A stretch of 64,000 nt of DNA, from assembly GCA_951406725.2 (NCBI GenBank), contig OX597814.1:131750001-131814000 (forward strand). Direction: 5' to 3'. The DNA comes from Octopus vulgaris. Taxonomy: Eukaryota. This document shows, piece after piece, positions 47,530 through 61,735 of this stretch. Both the position numbers and the translations under genes were made by a program. Position 1 is the first letter of the stretch; every line of letters starts with the position of its first letter. The notes beneath the pieces were generated by a model. The model was not told where the DNA came from. It did no database searches and saw only the letters and a list, made by a program, of their open reading frames with translations.

Positions 47530-48999
47530 ATGGACCAGCATTTTCCTAGTCTGGAAACGCTAGGAGAAAAAAAGAACTTATGCACGCAAAGTGCAAACCT
47601 GAGTGACGTGGTAGTGAACGCTGCAACCACTTGCGGTAACAGCCCTGTCACCACCACCACCACCACTAACAACAACAACAACAATAACGAGACTACTACT
47701 GCTACAACCACCATCTCCACCTCCACCACGACCACCACCACCACCACCACCACGACCAACATAAATGATAAAAATGAAAGTCACGCGAATATTATTAACG
47801 AAAACAACAACAAGAAGAACAACAATAAAAATGAAATAAATATCTTACTACCTAATAGTGAACATGTTAATATAAAAGAATCAACAACACCAGTAAATTT
47901 CGCTGGCTCTCTGCGTCAGAAAAAAGAAATAGTAACATTTACGAATGAAGAGTTAATAGAAACGAGAGCACTCTTTACAACACAAGGGCAGGATTTAGTG
48001 CTGCATACACCCCAACACATAAAGGAACAAATAGAAAATAAGACAATTATATATAAAATTATAAGAAGAAACAAAAAACAAAATGAACAGATTATAAAAA
48101 CGGACATAGAAAAGTGTTTAAAAAGCATAATGAACCAAAAAGAATATATAAACTGTGGTCACCAGTTTAATACAGTGGTGGTCTGCTTCCCTAACCAGGA
48201 AGTGGCAAAAGCTCACTCTACGGAGTCTTTGCAAAATGATGAAACCATCATGGTACCATATTACAAAGGCCAGAGAGTGAGTAGAATTAGCATTAAAAAT
48301 GTACCCTCCGAGATAGCTAACAAATGGATAACAGGGGCAATCTGTTACCATTTGAAAAAGATAAATATATTAGAAACCGCCGTGTACAAAAACGACAATT
48401 GGGGTGGTAAAACAATAGTAGTGACCATCCAGATTGAGGGGTCCTCTATCGAGAACCTACCTGATAGGATCCATTTAGAAAATGGGCAAAGCCTATATGT
48501 TGTAGCAGAAGGCAAAAAGCCTAGATGCTACAACTGTGGTAGCCCAGAACATTTAATTGCCAAGTGCGCTCTGGCACAGAAAAATAAGAAAGAACAAATC
48601 AGAAAATCCGTTGCCAACACCAACACCAACACCAACACACTCAATTATGGAACAATGCCAAGAAAGCAACAAACCAGCAAACAACCCCCAACAACATCAC
48701 CAAGAAAAGAAACAGTACCAACACAATCACCGTTGACGTCGCAACCAATTCAACATACTGAACCAAAAGATAGACCAACACCAACACCGAGGACGACAAT
48801 TAAAAAGACAGAAAACAGTGACGAGAAGACAAATTCTACCCCTAACACCACAACAACACAAACACCGCACAAAACATCAACAATTTCTACAAGCATACAT
48901 ATTAACGCAAATGCTTTGCCTTTACCCCCTTCTGATTCGTCGGACGACAAAAGTTCGACGGAAAGGCAAATAGCCACAAGGGGTAAAAGGAAAAGATAA
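47530..48999 (+). CDS. LINE ORF1 protein (gag-like, CCHC zinc knuckle), 489 aa from the first ATG
   Basis: Uninterrupted frame MDQHFPS...RGKRKR with CX2CX4HX4C (CYNCGSPEHLIAKC) and poly-Thr/poly-Asn tracts from (ACC)n/(AAC)n. Confidence 0.75.
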   Translation: MDQHFPSLETLGEKKNLCTQSANLSDVVVNAATTCGNSPVTTTTTTNNNNNNNETTTATTTISTSTTTTTTTTTTTNINDKNESHANIINENNNKKNNNKNEINILLPNSEHVNIKESTTPVNFAGSLRQKKEIVTFTNEELIETRALFTTQGQDLVLHTPQHIKEQIENKTIIYKIIRRNKKQNEQIIKTDIEKCLKSIMNQKEYINCGHQFNTVVVCFPNQEVAKAHSTESLQNDETIMVPYYKGQRVSRISIKNVPSEIANKWITGAICYHLKKINILETAVYKNDNWGGKTIVVTIQIEGSSIENLPDRIHLENGQSLYVVAEGKKPRCYNCGSPEHLIAKCALAQKNKKEQIRKSVANTNTNTNTLNYGTMPRKQQTSKQPPTTSPRKETVPTQSPLTSQPIQHTEPKDRPTPTPRTTIKKTENSDEKTNSTPNTTTTQTPHKTSTISTSIHINANALPLPPSDSSDDKSSTERQIATRGKRKR

Positions 49000-49436
49000 A
49001 AAAGCCCACCAAACAAGGAAGTAAAGCAGGGAGATATTTAACTCCGGACAGCATCCCCCAGGACAATCAAAGAAATCAATGAACCCGCAAAACCACACAC
49101 ACAACTAACTGCAATAGACACAGACAATAAAAAAATAATGGATTACATTGCATCCAACACGGACATCTGTGAAGATGACTTTAAGACAAAAAATCATCCG
49201 CGCACCACATTGTACACATAACACAAACACAACACCATACACTGAAAACAATAATTCCAAATGCGGTAGGCGGATTTCAACGATACCTCTCTAAAAAACT
49301 ATACAAACACCTCATCAAAGACACTACAAAAGAAGAAGAAAAAAATGAAACTTTCGAAATGAGTAAGTGACCTTACCTCTTGCCTCTTGTCTCTTTCAAT
49401 GTAGTGTGTGAAACAAAATTTTCGTAAACGTCAATT

Positions 49437-52400
49437 ATGCTTAAATTAGGTTGTGTGAATGCGCGTGGCTTGGCGTCGGCTTGGAAGCAAGGTTACCTTC
49501 TAAACGACATCAAGTCACTGAACGTGGATATAGTAGCTATCAGTGAAACCAGACTCAGCAAGCCGCGGGCCCTTGCATCCATGTTTGGCGATCAATTTGA
49601 CATTTATTTTTCTCCTTGTCTGCCGAACATGTGTGGTGGAGGTACCGCGGTGCTTTTTCGAATGAGTCTAAATGTAAAAGTAAGAACAATATTCGTAGAC
49701 CCGGAGGGTAGGCTGGTTGTCTTGGACGTGGATGGCAGAAATGGGTGTGCATTCCGTCTGATGGCAGTTTATGCACCGTCCTTAACGGGTCGGGCGGATT
49801 TCTTCAGACGTCTAGAGGTTTTCCTGGGTACGTCTAGACCTTTACTGTTAGTAGGGGATTGGAACGCTACCTTGGAACGCATCTAGATTATGTGGGAATG
49901 GATAGGAATAGAAGGGGGTGTAAGTGCCTCAAAGACCTACTCAGACGTTTCCATTTGTCTGACAGGTTCCGACTCGACCATCCGAACGTGCCAACGTTGA
50001 CTTGGACAAACCGCGTCGGATCGTCGAGATCTTATCTAGATAGAATTCTATGCAGGACAGCGGATAGGGATAGTGTAGGATGTCTACAATTTAAAATAGT
50101 CAGCTACACAGATCACAATTTTGTAACGTGTACGCTCGACTTAGATAAGACATATAGACAGGATCCCGGTTACTGGAAACTGAACACGAGGCTCTTAGCG
50201 CGACAGGTCTACAGGAACCGGATTAGCGAGTTAATTAAGAGGGCGCTTACGGGAGCCGTCGTTAACAACCGCTGGTGGTTCGCCCTGAAAATGGTAATAA
50301 AATCGGAATCAATTAGGTTTAGCAAGGAATTAGCGATAGATCGAAACAGAGTAGAGGGAGACCTAGTTAAGAAACTAGAAGAGGCACTTACCACTGGCAG
50401 TGCAACCAACGTACTGGCTGCGAGGACGGCCCTCGACCATCACCTCAACACCAAGCACGAAGGTTGCGTCGTCAGAGCTAAAATGCGTGCCTTAAGGAAC
50501 GAAGGGATCGAAGCTGCGCGAGAGGCCCGGGTAGCGGAGGCGCAGCGTGGCAACAGAGCCACCATTCGGTCTCTAATAGATCAACAGGGATGCAGTTTAC
50601 TCGAACCCGAAAGGATGTGTGAGGCCTTTCAACAGCAATTTGCTGGACTGTTTGGTGCGAGTGGTGGATCGGAACGCGGGATGGATTTCAGTGCCTACCT
50701 GACCGACCTGCCGCAGCTCTCGGCAAGAGAAGCGGAGTGTTGTGAAAGTCCCATCACAGCCGCTGACGTGCGGGATTCGATGGCGGGCTGCGCGAAAGAT
50801 AAGTCGCCTAGATTGGATGGTTTACCCTATGAGCTGTATTGTCAAATGCCAGACTTGTTTGGCGACCTCTTGGCATCAGTCTACTGCAACTGGCAACAAA
50901 ACGGGAGAATCCCCGGTTTCGTGAGCCGAGGTGCAGTGACGATGCTGAAGAAAGACCCAAACAAGGGGAATTTTATAGATAATTTCAGGCCCATCACTCT
51001 GCTCAACGCAGATTTGAAAATTTTGGCCAAAGTAATAGCCGAGAGGTTGGCGCTTGTCATTGGTAAACTGGTCGACAGGGCGCAAGCATGCGCTGTGCCG
51101 GGCAGAACCATACATGACAACCTCCATCTGATGCGCTACATTGTGGACAGGGTAGTTAAGGATCCTGGCATGGGTGGGGCGCTGATCAATATGGATCAGT
51201 CTAAAGCCTTCGATAGGGTCGACCATCGGTACTTGGCGGCCGTCCTCAGGGCGGCTGGCTTCGGTCCCGTCTTCCGCGGTTGGATCGCTGCCTTGTAGAG
51301 CGGCATCCGATCGGTGATTCAGGTGAACGGTCACCTGTCGAGACCGTTTGACATCACGCGTTCGGTCCGTCAGGGGTGTCCCCTGTCGGCGCTTCTGTAT
51401 GTATTGACTCTCGAGCCGCTACTGCGGAAGCTGGCGACACTGAGCGGCATCCCACGGGAACTGGGTTGCGTAACGAGCGTGTCGGCATATGCGGACGATG
51501 TCACCGTCATAGTGTCGAGCGACAAACACATCCAGATGATAGGCGAGACACTAAGAAAATACGAAACGGTGACAGGAGCGAAGATTAACCCGGAAAAGTC
51601 AGTGGGTTTGCTACTCGGCACCTGGAGAAGCAAGCCCATGCCGTCCGACTGCGGCTCAGTAGTGGGACGCTGGACGGACGGACCGGTTAAATTGCTCGGG
51701 GTCTGGTTCAGTACGGACCTCCAAATGGAGAAGAACTGGGACGAGATCACGAATAGAATGGTCGCTTTCAGCCAAACATGGGCCGAGAGAGAGCTGTCTC
51801 TAAAAGGCCGGGTGGAGGTGGCGAACGCGTACATCGCATCCGTCATCGATTACCACCTGACCGTCGTACCTTGTCCCGACGCTACCATCACCAAACTGGA
51901 ACGCATACTCTTCCGCTTCCTGTGGAAGGGTGGCGTTCCGATGGTGAGGAAGTCCATTTGCTGTCAACATCCGTCGAATGGATGATTGGGCATGCCGTGG
52001 TTGATGATGTGCAGGCATGCGCTGAGACTGCGATATCTCTGGAACTTCATCGACGACGGTGAACAGGTGTGGGCGCCATTTGTGAGGCGCGCCTTCCCGC
52101 AGCTCGTCTCACTGACCGAACTGCAAACGTGGATCAAGAAGAGACCGAAACTGAGCGATTGGCACCGAGAGTGTCGCCAAGCTCTACAACAGCTCTGCCG
52201 ACCGGGGTCAAACTTGTGCAACTTACAAACGACTAAAGCGTTCTATAGAGGACTAGTGGAGGGGAGGTCCGACGACACACTCGGGGCAAACCTGGGCGTC
52301 GACGAGAAATTCCTAACCCGCCTGTTCAGGACGACGTTCGGGCCGGGGCCTATGGATAACTTTCAGAAATCCCTGGCTTGGCAGTGCTATCGAGACGCAC

Positions 52401-52863
52401 TACCTGTTCGAGAGAAGAGCTACAGGCACCTTAGGAAAACCATCACCGGACCGACCTGCCCGAGATGCGGTTAGAGCGACGAAACCGTTCTGCACGCACT
52501 CGTGCAGTGTCCAGATATTTCAGAGCTGTGGACCTCCGTCGAACAGCTGTTGTCACGTGTAGGTCGGGCCCGCCTATCGGTCGAGTCTATCGTGAATATT
52601 GTTCCACCACCTTCCTTTAAACGGGAAGGGAAAACGGTTTTCGTTATGCCGATGGCTACGGCGAAATGTGTGGTGGATGCGTTTGAAAGGATTGCAAACA
52701 AACACCTTCCTCTCTGGTCAGTCTCTAGTCAACTTTTTCAAGTACCACTTGAAAAGGAGGATGAGAATAGAGAGGAAGGCTTTGTCGAACGAATGTTTTA
52801 ATAAAAAAGTGGGTAAAAGTGGCAAAAATGGTCAGTATGAAAGACGACACTATTTTAAGCATA
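49437..52863 (+). pseudogene. LINE ORF2 (APE endonuclease and reverse transcriptase), disrupted
   Basis: Starts MLKLGCVNARGL. Frameshift at ~49878, stops at 51296-51298, 51983-51985 and 52472-52474, and a further frameshift at ~52670. Confidence 0.88.
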
Positions 52864-53177
52864 AATCTGTAACCAAAAGAGACAACGAGAAGTAAGGCGA
52901 CTTACTCATGTGTACATTTTCGAACTGTCTGAGGTGACCTTGGTCTTTTTTGTAGGTTTTTCTTTCCAAGGCTACACCTAAACTGTGAACTTTATATATA
53001 TATATTGCTTTTTTATACACCACACAAACCACAGATCCCTATTGATCAAACGTTTTTTTTGTGCCCCACCCATCCCACCTCGAAAAGAAAAAATTCTACA
53101 TTGTATTTCGTCCATTTTTATTGTGTTTAGCCCTGTGTGGCTACAATAAAAAGTTATTTATCTATCTATCTATCTAA

Positions 53178-53300
<123 letters not shown>

Positions 53301-53308
53301 CATGCATG

Positions 53309-53339
<31 letters not shown>

Positions 53340-53342
53340 GCG

Positions 53343-53387
<45 letters not shown>

Positions 53388-54160
53388 TACATCGAAAAAT
53401 GCGAGCATGGAAAGTCACATTCTTAAGATTATAAACATGGAAAAGTACAGGACGAGTTATTACACCTGTAAAAGTATAGGACAAGCTATTATTTCTAGTA
53501 AAGCAAAGAATAAGAAACTTTTTTATTTAAACTGCTGCAGCAAAGAATGCCAGTTCTTCCAATTTATCACTCTTTGCAGTTCTCATCTTTTTAATTTATT
53601 GTACAAAACTGTTCAGCTAATTTGAGGGATATAAATTTTAAAATTTTGAAGATACCTATATCGTTTTTAATAAGTTAAGTATGGCTATATAGGGGTACAA
53701 TTTAGGCTTATATAAAGGTAATTATAGTATTGAAAAAGATTAGGTAGAGTAGCAATATCATTGAAACGGGTGTGAAAATAGCTTATTCACTATAGTCATG
53801 ATGAAATCCGTATCCAACTTAGTAACTTCGATAGATGAGATTTATGAAACTTATGCAATAATTCTAGAAATTACAAATTATTTACTCAATTAGTTTATGT
53901 TTTTAATCAGTGATACCTAGTGTTGACAAAAAATTAATGTTGCAGGGTGTGCTATTTATACAGTGATTTTAAAACTAAGAGGTATATTTTAAGAATTAAA
54001 AACTCACGATCAATAAAATGTTACTTTCTAAAATATTTGAAGGTACGGGTAGTACTATGTACACATGATACTCTAAGATCTAATCGATTATTTACCAGGT
54101 TTACATTATCTTTATGTTTAAAAATTACATAAATTTCCATAGAGCAGAGCTCGCGCCCAT

Positions 54161-55421
54161 ATCATTTCACTCCTTTCCAGATGTGAAGTGAACTACTGTG
54201 ATATAATTATGGATACAACATATAAAAAGAGAAGTGGTATAATAACCCCGATATCTTCTGTTTCATATGTGGAAAATTTACACCAGAGCCTCAAAGGCGC
54301 AACGTTAATAACTTTGCCGTGAAGATGTATCTTACCTGATTTAAAGTTGGTACTTGGAGTCCAAGACAAACCTGGGCTCCCTACAAAGTTTGAAGAAGCT
54401 GTGTCGAACCTTTGCGCTCATGGTCTAAAGGAAGGAATGCGAAGCTCAAGTTTGGTTTGCCAATGGTTTGGAGAGAACCAGCAATCCATGTGGATAACTC
54501 ATATTGCCGCCTTGTTAAAGTAAAATGGTTCAATACGGAAACCAATTCTGGACAATGGAATATCGGTTTTGGGCCAAGGCTGAAAATTCATAAGTGTTGA
54601 TTTCTGCTGCCAGGGCATCTCTGCAGGATTTTCTCGACTTCTCGATATCTAGATACATTTTTGGCCAGTAAACATAACTCCTCAAAAGTGACTTCATTCT
54701 AGAAATTCCCGGATGTTTAGACTGGAATTCCTTTAACATTTGACCTTGTTGTGAGGTAAGCATTACGACCCTCTGTGCATGCATAAGCACATTATCACAT
54801 ATCGAATACAAATTGGAAACTGTGTTATGTCCAGCCACAGGTATTTTTGTATTTGTTTCTTCTGATATCACTATATTTTTCATTTTTATGATAAGCTTGT
54901 CCGTCTCTGCCTTAATTTTTACTTCCTCTAATGACACAGGTAATACACACACAACATTGCACAATACATTTTTTTTGTCAACAGCTCTATCGTTCCTCCA
55001 CTGCTTATATATTTTTGAGATATTTAGAAATTTAATATTTCTATTTTTGGTGATCAGTGAATTTACTTCACTGAAATTATATATATATATGTATATTTTT
55101 ATAAAGTCTAGACAGGTATCTTCAGCTAGTAGGCCATGCTACTCCAGACTGATGACGAGCAAAGACTCATAAAAATGTCTCTGGATGCAGGCTTAGCTGG
55201 ATGGGGGTGCTTGTCTCCCCTTTGTAAACACAGGGACACAAGAAATGTGCTAAGGCCGACAGGAAGCGTTGATGCTTCCTAGGGCTAAATAGCGGTGGTG
55301 TGATTCCCTTTATGGGACTGTTACGTTAAGTTAACAGTATACAACTGCTCTTTTTTATTTCATTTTAACGCCGCTATCACTATGTCTTCTTATGGTTCAC
55401 AGTACTTTGGTATTAATCTTG
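54161..55421. mobile_element. Duplicated DNA-transposon fragment (+) and Gypsy integrase fragment (-)
   Basis: Near-identical to 39462-40711 and 23276-24533. Confidence 0.8.
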
Positions 55422-55622
55422 GATAGATAAATTATTGCTTAGATCCTAGCTTTTGTGCATGCACCCCATAGAGTGGGAAAATTTTTTGGAAATTAAGAGA
55501 TGAAATATTTGTAATCTCCACTGTTAGAGCATTGCTTGTTACATTTATTTGGGTATTACTCAATTTTGCAGTTACGTCGAGTCATAATTCTTCGTACCGT
55601 TTATATATTTGTAAATTAATAA

Positions 55623-55887
55623 AATAAAATAAAAATAAATGCGCCCTTTTAAAGCCTATCCAGGCTCATGGGCCCGGTTTCCCGGTTTCTATGGCGTATG
55701 TGTTCCCCAGCTGGACGGGACGCCAGTCCATCGCAGCGTTACTCATTTTTGCCAGCTGAGTGGACTGGAGTAACGTGAAATGAAGTGTTTTGCTCAAGAA
55801 CACTGCGTATCGCCCGGTCCAGGAATCGAAACCACAATCTTACGATCGTGATGCTGACACTCTAACCACTAAGCCACGCGCCTCCAC
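55623..55887 (-). mobile_element. SINE, paralog of 27921-28185
   Basis: Same sequence and position. Confidence 0.85.
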
Positions 55888-56466
55888 AAATTAATGAAAT
55901 ATTGATGTAAATTTCGTGATGACAGTACAAGGTATATTAAGTGATAAACCTGAGACGTTATATATGTTTAAAATTCTGATTGTGTAGTTGCTCTGAAACA
56001 TTTGGAGAGAGTAATCTAAGAGGCAGAAAATTTTCTTTGAAGGAATTATATAGTATAGTCAAACTTACTATATAAAATAATATTTGAAATCATTGTCGTT
56101 GTTTATTCCAATATTTATTACAGATGCGTACAGTTATGATACAAATAGAATCGACGTACGCTTAAAGTAGATTTCTCTCTGCACAACAGTGACTGAACAA
56201 AAATTTATAATACTATGTTAAAATAAAACAAAGCAGGCGAAACAGCATATATCACAGTTTAGATGACTCTGTATCATTGAGATCTAAAATAACACCGACT
56301 AGATCGTGCCAAGATAGTAGTGAAATTCTATAAATTCTTAAAAAACACTACACAAAGTCCGGATTACTTATACAACCGGATGAAAGCTCTTCCGTAAAGT
56401 TTGGAGTTCTACAACTTGATATTTTTAAATCAAATATTTTCTTATTGTATTATGAACAACAATATA

Positions 56467-56534
56467 TGGAAATCCCATAAGTGGTTTTCACAACGGTATA
56501 TATTCAGCAAAATTCAAGACAGTCGATGTCATTT
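56467..56534 (+). promoter_or_regulatory. Core promoter of IL-17 copy 5
   Basis: TGGAAATCCC at 56467-56476, TATATA at 56497 and TCATTT at 56529-56534. Confidence 0.6.
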
Positions 56535-56658
56535 AGAAGCGCCTCATATTAAGAAACGACTAAAATATCTTGCTTCCGTACTCCTCTCATCTTGATTCTG
56601 TACTGCTCTCATCTTGCTTTCTAATTCAGAAAGAACAAACATTACAGAGAAAATAACG

Positions 56659-56772
56659 ATGGTAAGTAGACTTCAATTTATGTTTACTAGCGAATTTCTG
56701 CATGTTACTCCTTAACTATTTGAGTTTTCTGTCTCATGGAAAACATCAGAATTTGTCTGCAATAATTTAATC

Positions 56773-56803
<31 letters not shown>

Positions 56804-56857
56804 TGTATGTATGTATGTATGTATGTATGTATGTATGTATGTATGTATGTATGTATG

Positions 56858-56919
<62 letters not shown>

Positions 56920-58166
56920 TGTATATATGTATGTATATGTATGTATGTATGTATATATATATATATATATGTATATGTAATATTATGCCCCCTCGCCATT
57001 ATATTATTATATAATAATATATTTCGCTCATTATATTATTTAAGCTTAAGTCGATTTTTCCGTGGTGTTGTTTTGTATTTATAATAAAAGAAATACATAC
57101 AAATTATAAAAATAATTAAAATAATTAATTCAAATGCTTTTTCTTTATACTATACAAAATCTTTTCCTCGTATAACAGTTGTTTACTTATGGTTTCACAC
57201 ATTTACTTCTATATTGGCAATCCTCTATTTAATACACTTATCCTTTGACTCATTGTCTGACGACCAATACACTTACTATAACTGCTATTTGAAGTATTAT
57301 CAAGTGTGGCAATCTATTGTGTATTTTCATAACGTAATCGCACTGTTTGTTACTTTTATTATTTATATTTCTTACCATTCAAAGGCGAAAGTAAAGTAAA
57401 ATCTTGTGTCTAGTATTTACATGCATACATACATACATCCATCACGTGATCACGTGACTGACCAGACCATCAGATGTTGTTACACATCGCTGGTCACAAT
57501 GCGTTCGTATTGTTTTAGCCTTCGAATGACGCCACCCCGCTGGCTAAGCGAGCAGGCCAACAGACGAAAGAGTGAGAGAAAGAGTGGTGAAAGAGTACAG
57601 CGGGGATCACCACCCCCTGCCGGAGCGTCGCGGAGCTTTTAGGTGTTTTCGCTCAATAAACACACACAACGCCCGGTCTGGGAATCGAAACCGCGATCCT
57701 ACGACCGCGAGTCCACTGCCCTAACCACTGGGCCATTGCGCCTCCACACATACATACATACATAAATTTATGATACTTATAATCGGTGCTCTGAGATGTA
57801 ATGTCAGTGATGTTTATGGGGCTTAAAGACTTTTAGAGTTTTCGTCATCGGATCCCCTCTCCCACTTGATCCAATCGCAGTTGATCAAGTCTTAGCTGGC
57901 ATCACTATAACACTTAAACACTGGTCTGCCCTTTGGAGTCAAAACCATATAATGGACTTCATCGCATCTTCTATCTCCCCAGCATTCCTCCTCTCTCTCT
58001 TCCTAGCTCACTCTTTCTTTTATCTTTCTTTCTTTTTACTCTCTCTCTCTGTGTATATAGTGTTGTGTCTAGGGAGAATTTTTATGTCAAAATTATTAAC
58101 ACACGCACTGATGCAACTCACTTGTTTGCATAATGAAACTTGAAAATCAGCTATAGAAACGGAATC

Positions 58167-58259
<93 letters not shown>

Positions 58260-58856
58260 ATCTATATTTATACTAAAATTAAGGTAGAAGTTTTAATGAA
58301 AATATTTCTTATTTTATTTCAGGATCTCCCTCAAGTTGTAATCTTTCTCTTCTTGAACTTCATCTTGATTGTATCTTCGGCATCAATTCCAACTCAATGT
58401 AAAATACCAACAGACTTAAAAGTCCGCTACGACGGCTTGTCCAAAGCAGACGTTGACAATCGATTTTTTCTGCCAGCTGAAATGGCCCCAGCCGAAAGTA
58501 ACCGGACAACACTGACCGATGGTGATAAAAGCTGCCCAACATCGCCTGTATCTAGTGATATCATCCGTGAACGTTCCACATGTCCTTGGTACCTGAACAT
58601 TATTAATGATTCAACAGTTTTCCCTCCATCACGCAGTGAAGCGGTATGTCGCTGTAGAAACTGTTTAGAATCTAACAGCACCAAGCAGCAATGTTCGACT
58701 GTATACACGAAAATGACTGTCCTGAAACGAACAGGTGAATGTGTTGACGGACTCTATATTTATGACCCACATGTGATTGATGTAGCCACAGCCTGTGTGT
58801 GTGCACGGAAGGTCGATGGCATTGCAGATAGAAAAGAGAACGACTATGAGACGTAA
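56659..58856 (+). CDS. IL17: Interleukin-17-like protein, copy 5; join(56659..56661,58323..58856), 178 aa
   Basis: Donor ATG|GTAAGT at 56661/56662 and acceptor TTTTATTTCAG ending at 58322. Signal peptide and IL-17 cysteine pattern are present. Confidence 0.92.
57442..57746 (-). mobile_element. Intronic SINE, paralog of 29885-30176
   Basis: Same sequence and position. Confidence 0.8.
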
Positions 58857-58876
58857 AAATCGATTAAACAGTTCAC

Positions 58877-58936
58877 TGCGTGTAACGCAAAAGTTATTCA
58901 GTGTGATGAAACATCAAGTTGACCACCGTGTGGTTA
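58877..58936 (+). promoter_or_regulatory. Proximal 3'UTR hairpins of copy 5
   Basis: TGCGT-GTA-ACGCA (58877-58889) and TGACCAC-CGT-GTGGTTA (58920-58936). Confidence 0.6.
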
Positions 58937-59215
58937 TTATTTTAAGTCACCTTATTTTGTTTTTGCTTTCTTGTTTTTATGTTCATCTGTGTGTAATTTT
59001 ATCTTGCTACCTTGGACATTTCAATTATCAATGATATCATATGTATATGAGTCTCATGAACCGATATGCATCTAACCGAAATTACGCATGAATTCGCGAA
59101 TTGGAGGCTAAGAGTCATACGGCCAAGGGAGTAAAAACGTGCATATGTGCGTACGTATGTATATATGCAGACAGTCATTTGTATATATTTTATTATATTA
59201 TATTCCAGTACGTGT

Positions 59216-59265
<50 letters not shown>

Positions 59266-59455
59266 ATGTGTATATGTATATATATGTGCATACGTGTGTA
59301 TATATATATACATATATGTGTATATATATATGTATATTTGTATGTATCTATCTGTCTATCCATACACACACACACATATATATATACATATATACACATA
59401 TAATTATATATTTATTTATATATACACATGTACATAGGCGTATGTATGTGTATGC

Positions 59456-59513
<58 letters not shown>

Positions 59514-60023
59514 GTGTGTGTGTGTGTGTTTGTGTGTGTGTGTTTGTGTGTGTATGTGTGTATGTATTTCACGTTGCTCCAGTCCACTCACCTGGCAAAA
59601 ATGAGTAATCCTGCGACGTCCCATCTAGGCCCACACAAGTCTGGTATGGCTCGAGAAGGAAATTTTTTTGTGTGTTTATATACATACATACATACATATA
59701 TATATTTATACATTTAACTTATATACATACATACTTTTATATATGTACATATATATATTCATCTATGTACATGCACTCAGCAAACAACACATGTTTAAAG
59801 TAGCTGTACATACTGAATAAATTTAAATTAGTTACAGAAATATTTACTCACATATATTGTTCCCTATAAAATATTTATTGTCCATATACATTTTCAATAT
59901 GCAATATACAATTAATTTTATAAATTGTACAGAATTTCATATATTTTTATAATATGTTTGTAAATAAGAATTTTAAATATTTTTATAAGAATTTATTTCC
60001 CAATAACATTGTGTTTAATATAA

Positions 60024-60123
60024 TCTTGCTCCATATATTTCATGAATATAGGGAACAAGAACTGACCAGTTTATACCGTGTATAAATTATAATTGTAATA
60101 TAAAATTGCATTCAACTAATAAA
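60024..60123 (+). terminator. Distal 3'UTR stem-loop and poly(A) signal, copy 5
   Basis: Hairpin at 60024-60060 and AATAAA at 60118-60123. Confidence 0.6.
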
Positions 60124-60837
60124 ATATAATGTAAGCACATCTGTTTCACCTTTGTTATTTCTTATGCATTATACTTTTGCTCTGGGTAAATCATATGATA
60201 TTTGGATAAAGATTTGGACAGCTGGATGTCGCATTCAAATCCTTTATAGGCGCTTTTGTCTACAGCGATTTGTATATCACTTTTGTATTGTCAGAGTATT
60301 GGTTATCAATTAGAGATAAAATGATTTTTGTAAACAATGCCTGTACTATGCCAGTATTATACAAAGCTGAAGTCTCAACAGCCTCCCTTATAATGAGTAT
60401 GTATACATAAAGGTATGAGCAGTGAGAGACATATTACTTCCTGTGTTTGTTTCTCTCTGAACTCACTACTTTAAAAATATTTAATGGAAGAGTATATGAA
60501 CGGGTGTGGAAATACCTGTTCCGCGGTACAAAATGAAGTATGATGACCTCTTAGGTGCTACCTGATCATCCCTAGGCGAGAACAACAATTCTGGTTGTTG
60601 AAATTGACTAAGCAAATATTTCGAAAACTCATTAACGATAACTTTCGAAGGCAAGTCCAGAATCATACCTAGTGTATTATTAAGCATAGAACTCCATTAA
60701 AAAGCTCACCCATGGACTCTCATCTTTCTAAACATGAAGTAAATAAGTGAATACCCAACTGGATTGCTGCCACACACGCGACCACACTCGCTCTGCTACA
60801 ACCGATTAATATATTCACCGCCCCAAGCACTAAATAT

Positions 60838-61171
60838 ATTGTTCTTTCATCCTTTAGAAGGAACAGTGGTTTGTTCCTTCTCGAGCCACGCCTGGCTCAT
60901 AAGGGCCGGTTTCCCGGTTTCCTTGGCGTATAGTTTCCCCACCTGGACGGGATGCCGGTCCGTTGCAGGTGACTTGCAAGATGCAGGAGGAAAGAGTGAG
61001 AGAAATTTGTGGCGAAAGAATCATCCGAAGTTTCGCCATTACCTTCTGCCGGAGCTGCGTGGAGCTTAGGTGTTTCGCTAATAAGCACAAACATCGCCCG
61101 ATTTGAGATTCGAAACCGCGATCCCACGACCGCGTGTTCGCTGCTCTAACCACTAGGCCATGTGCCTCCAC
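60838..61171 (-). mobile_element. SINE, paralog of 46377-46709
   Basis: Same sequence and position. Confidence 0.8.
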
Positions 61172-61577
61172 AAGCAATAACTATAATAGCAAAGGATTCA
61201 TGAGCTGATCAAGAAACAACAATACAAAAGACAACACTAATAACAATAACAGTAATAACAACAACACTAATATGATGAAAAAGATGTTATATGCTATATT
61301 CAATTGGTTCTGGAATTCACATATTTTCGCATTTGATAAATGAAACGCAGCTTGACCTTTACATGATATAAACGGATACAGATATCTTTTATAATTCAAC
61401 TGTTACATGTTTCACTCACTGGACTGCGACCATACTAAGGCACCTCCTTGAAGTGTTTTAGTCGAATAAATCCACTTCACTATTAATATCTGCCTTTATC
61501 TAAGCCTGTTACTTATTCTATTGGTATCTTATACGGAATCAGTAACCACGGTGACGTAAGCAAAGCAACATCTACTA

Positions 61578-61666
<89 letters not shown>

Positions 61667-61735
61667 GTCTGTCTGTCTGTCTGTCTGTCTTTCTGTCTGT
61701 CTGTCTGTCTATCTATCTATTTATCTATCTATCTA

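Larger units (their letters stand above)
47326..53156 (+). mobile_element. Apparently full-length (~5.8 kb) Tx1/L1-clade LINE, subfamily B, embedded in (TCTA)n
   Basis: Has a 5'UTR, an open ORF1, a spacer, and ORF2 from 49437 (APE, RT, zinc finger) broken by frameshifts and stops. (TCTA)n/(TCTG)n lies 5' and (TCTA)n lies 3'. Confidence 0.93.
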
